From a virus: DNA of 64,000 bases. The notes beneath the pieces are model-generated. The model searched no databases, had not been told where the DNA came from, and saw only the letters and a program-made list of their open reading frames with translations. How positions within the stretch are numbered: position 1 is the first letter of the stretch; every line of letters starts with the position of its first letter. Shown here in pieces: positions 63,812 to 64,000 of this stretch. The position numbers and the translations under genes are program-made. The stretch is from IMG/VR virus record IMGVR_UViG_3300037137_001673, positions 11,971-75,970 of that record, one strand, 5' to 3'.

Positions 63812-64000
63812 ACCTTCTTTCCTTCTCCATCCATTTCAGGCCAATCAATTTTACCTAATTTTTTTTCTATTATTTTTCTATATGGTTTCTGTGGGGCATA
63901 ACCTCTTTTTTTAGTAACCCAGAGAATATGCCCGTAATTATGTTCTTCTATTACTGCTTTATAAATTTCTACAAAATCTTTTAGTTCTATTTTCTCAACA

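Noticed and set aside
1-64000. Stop-codon reassignment
   Set aside because: Long ORFs are intact in the standard code; TAG and TGA end genes at sensible places (e.g. 3276, 11461, 25515); no CTA/TCA/TTA-anticodon tRNA found

Overview
AT-rich fragment of a large T4-like (myovirus, probably jumbo) phage genome using the standard genetic code. The + strand at 0.6-28.6 kb is a late virion module. It holds a gp13-like neck protein with a long N-terminal extension, then ~21 kb of fibre, depolymerase and small subunit genes including a 2249-aa repeat scaffold, then gp14-like, gp15-like and tail sheath genes, many of them behind a GTAAAG(A/T)TA late-promoter motif. The - strand at 28.8-64 kb is an early/middle region with sigma70-type promoters. 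It holds three Cys-motif paralogues with an M20/M28 peptidase and an Rnl2-type ligase, then a 22-kb array of 33 tRNA genes mixed with tRNA-like and other structured non-coding RNAs, a B12 radical SAM enzyme, Pth2 and nucleases, then phosphoesterases and a thymidylate-synthase-like gene. Free-standing GIY-YIG, HNH and PD-(D/E)XK endonucleases are scattered throughout. The strongest unexplained signal is a [G/A]-D-[S/T] tripeptide heavily enriched in native virion proteins but almost absent from the GC-richer acquired modules, a candidate virion-modification sequon. Other strong signals are a modular scaffold-plus-subunit fibre system, tRNA-like RNAs with expanded D arms, a promoter-delimited small-RNA array, ORFs whose stop codons lie inside tRNAs, and small proteins ending in a clamp-binding-like QLELNF motif. 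All calls are by eye; no searches or folding programs were run.
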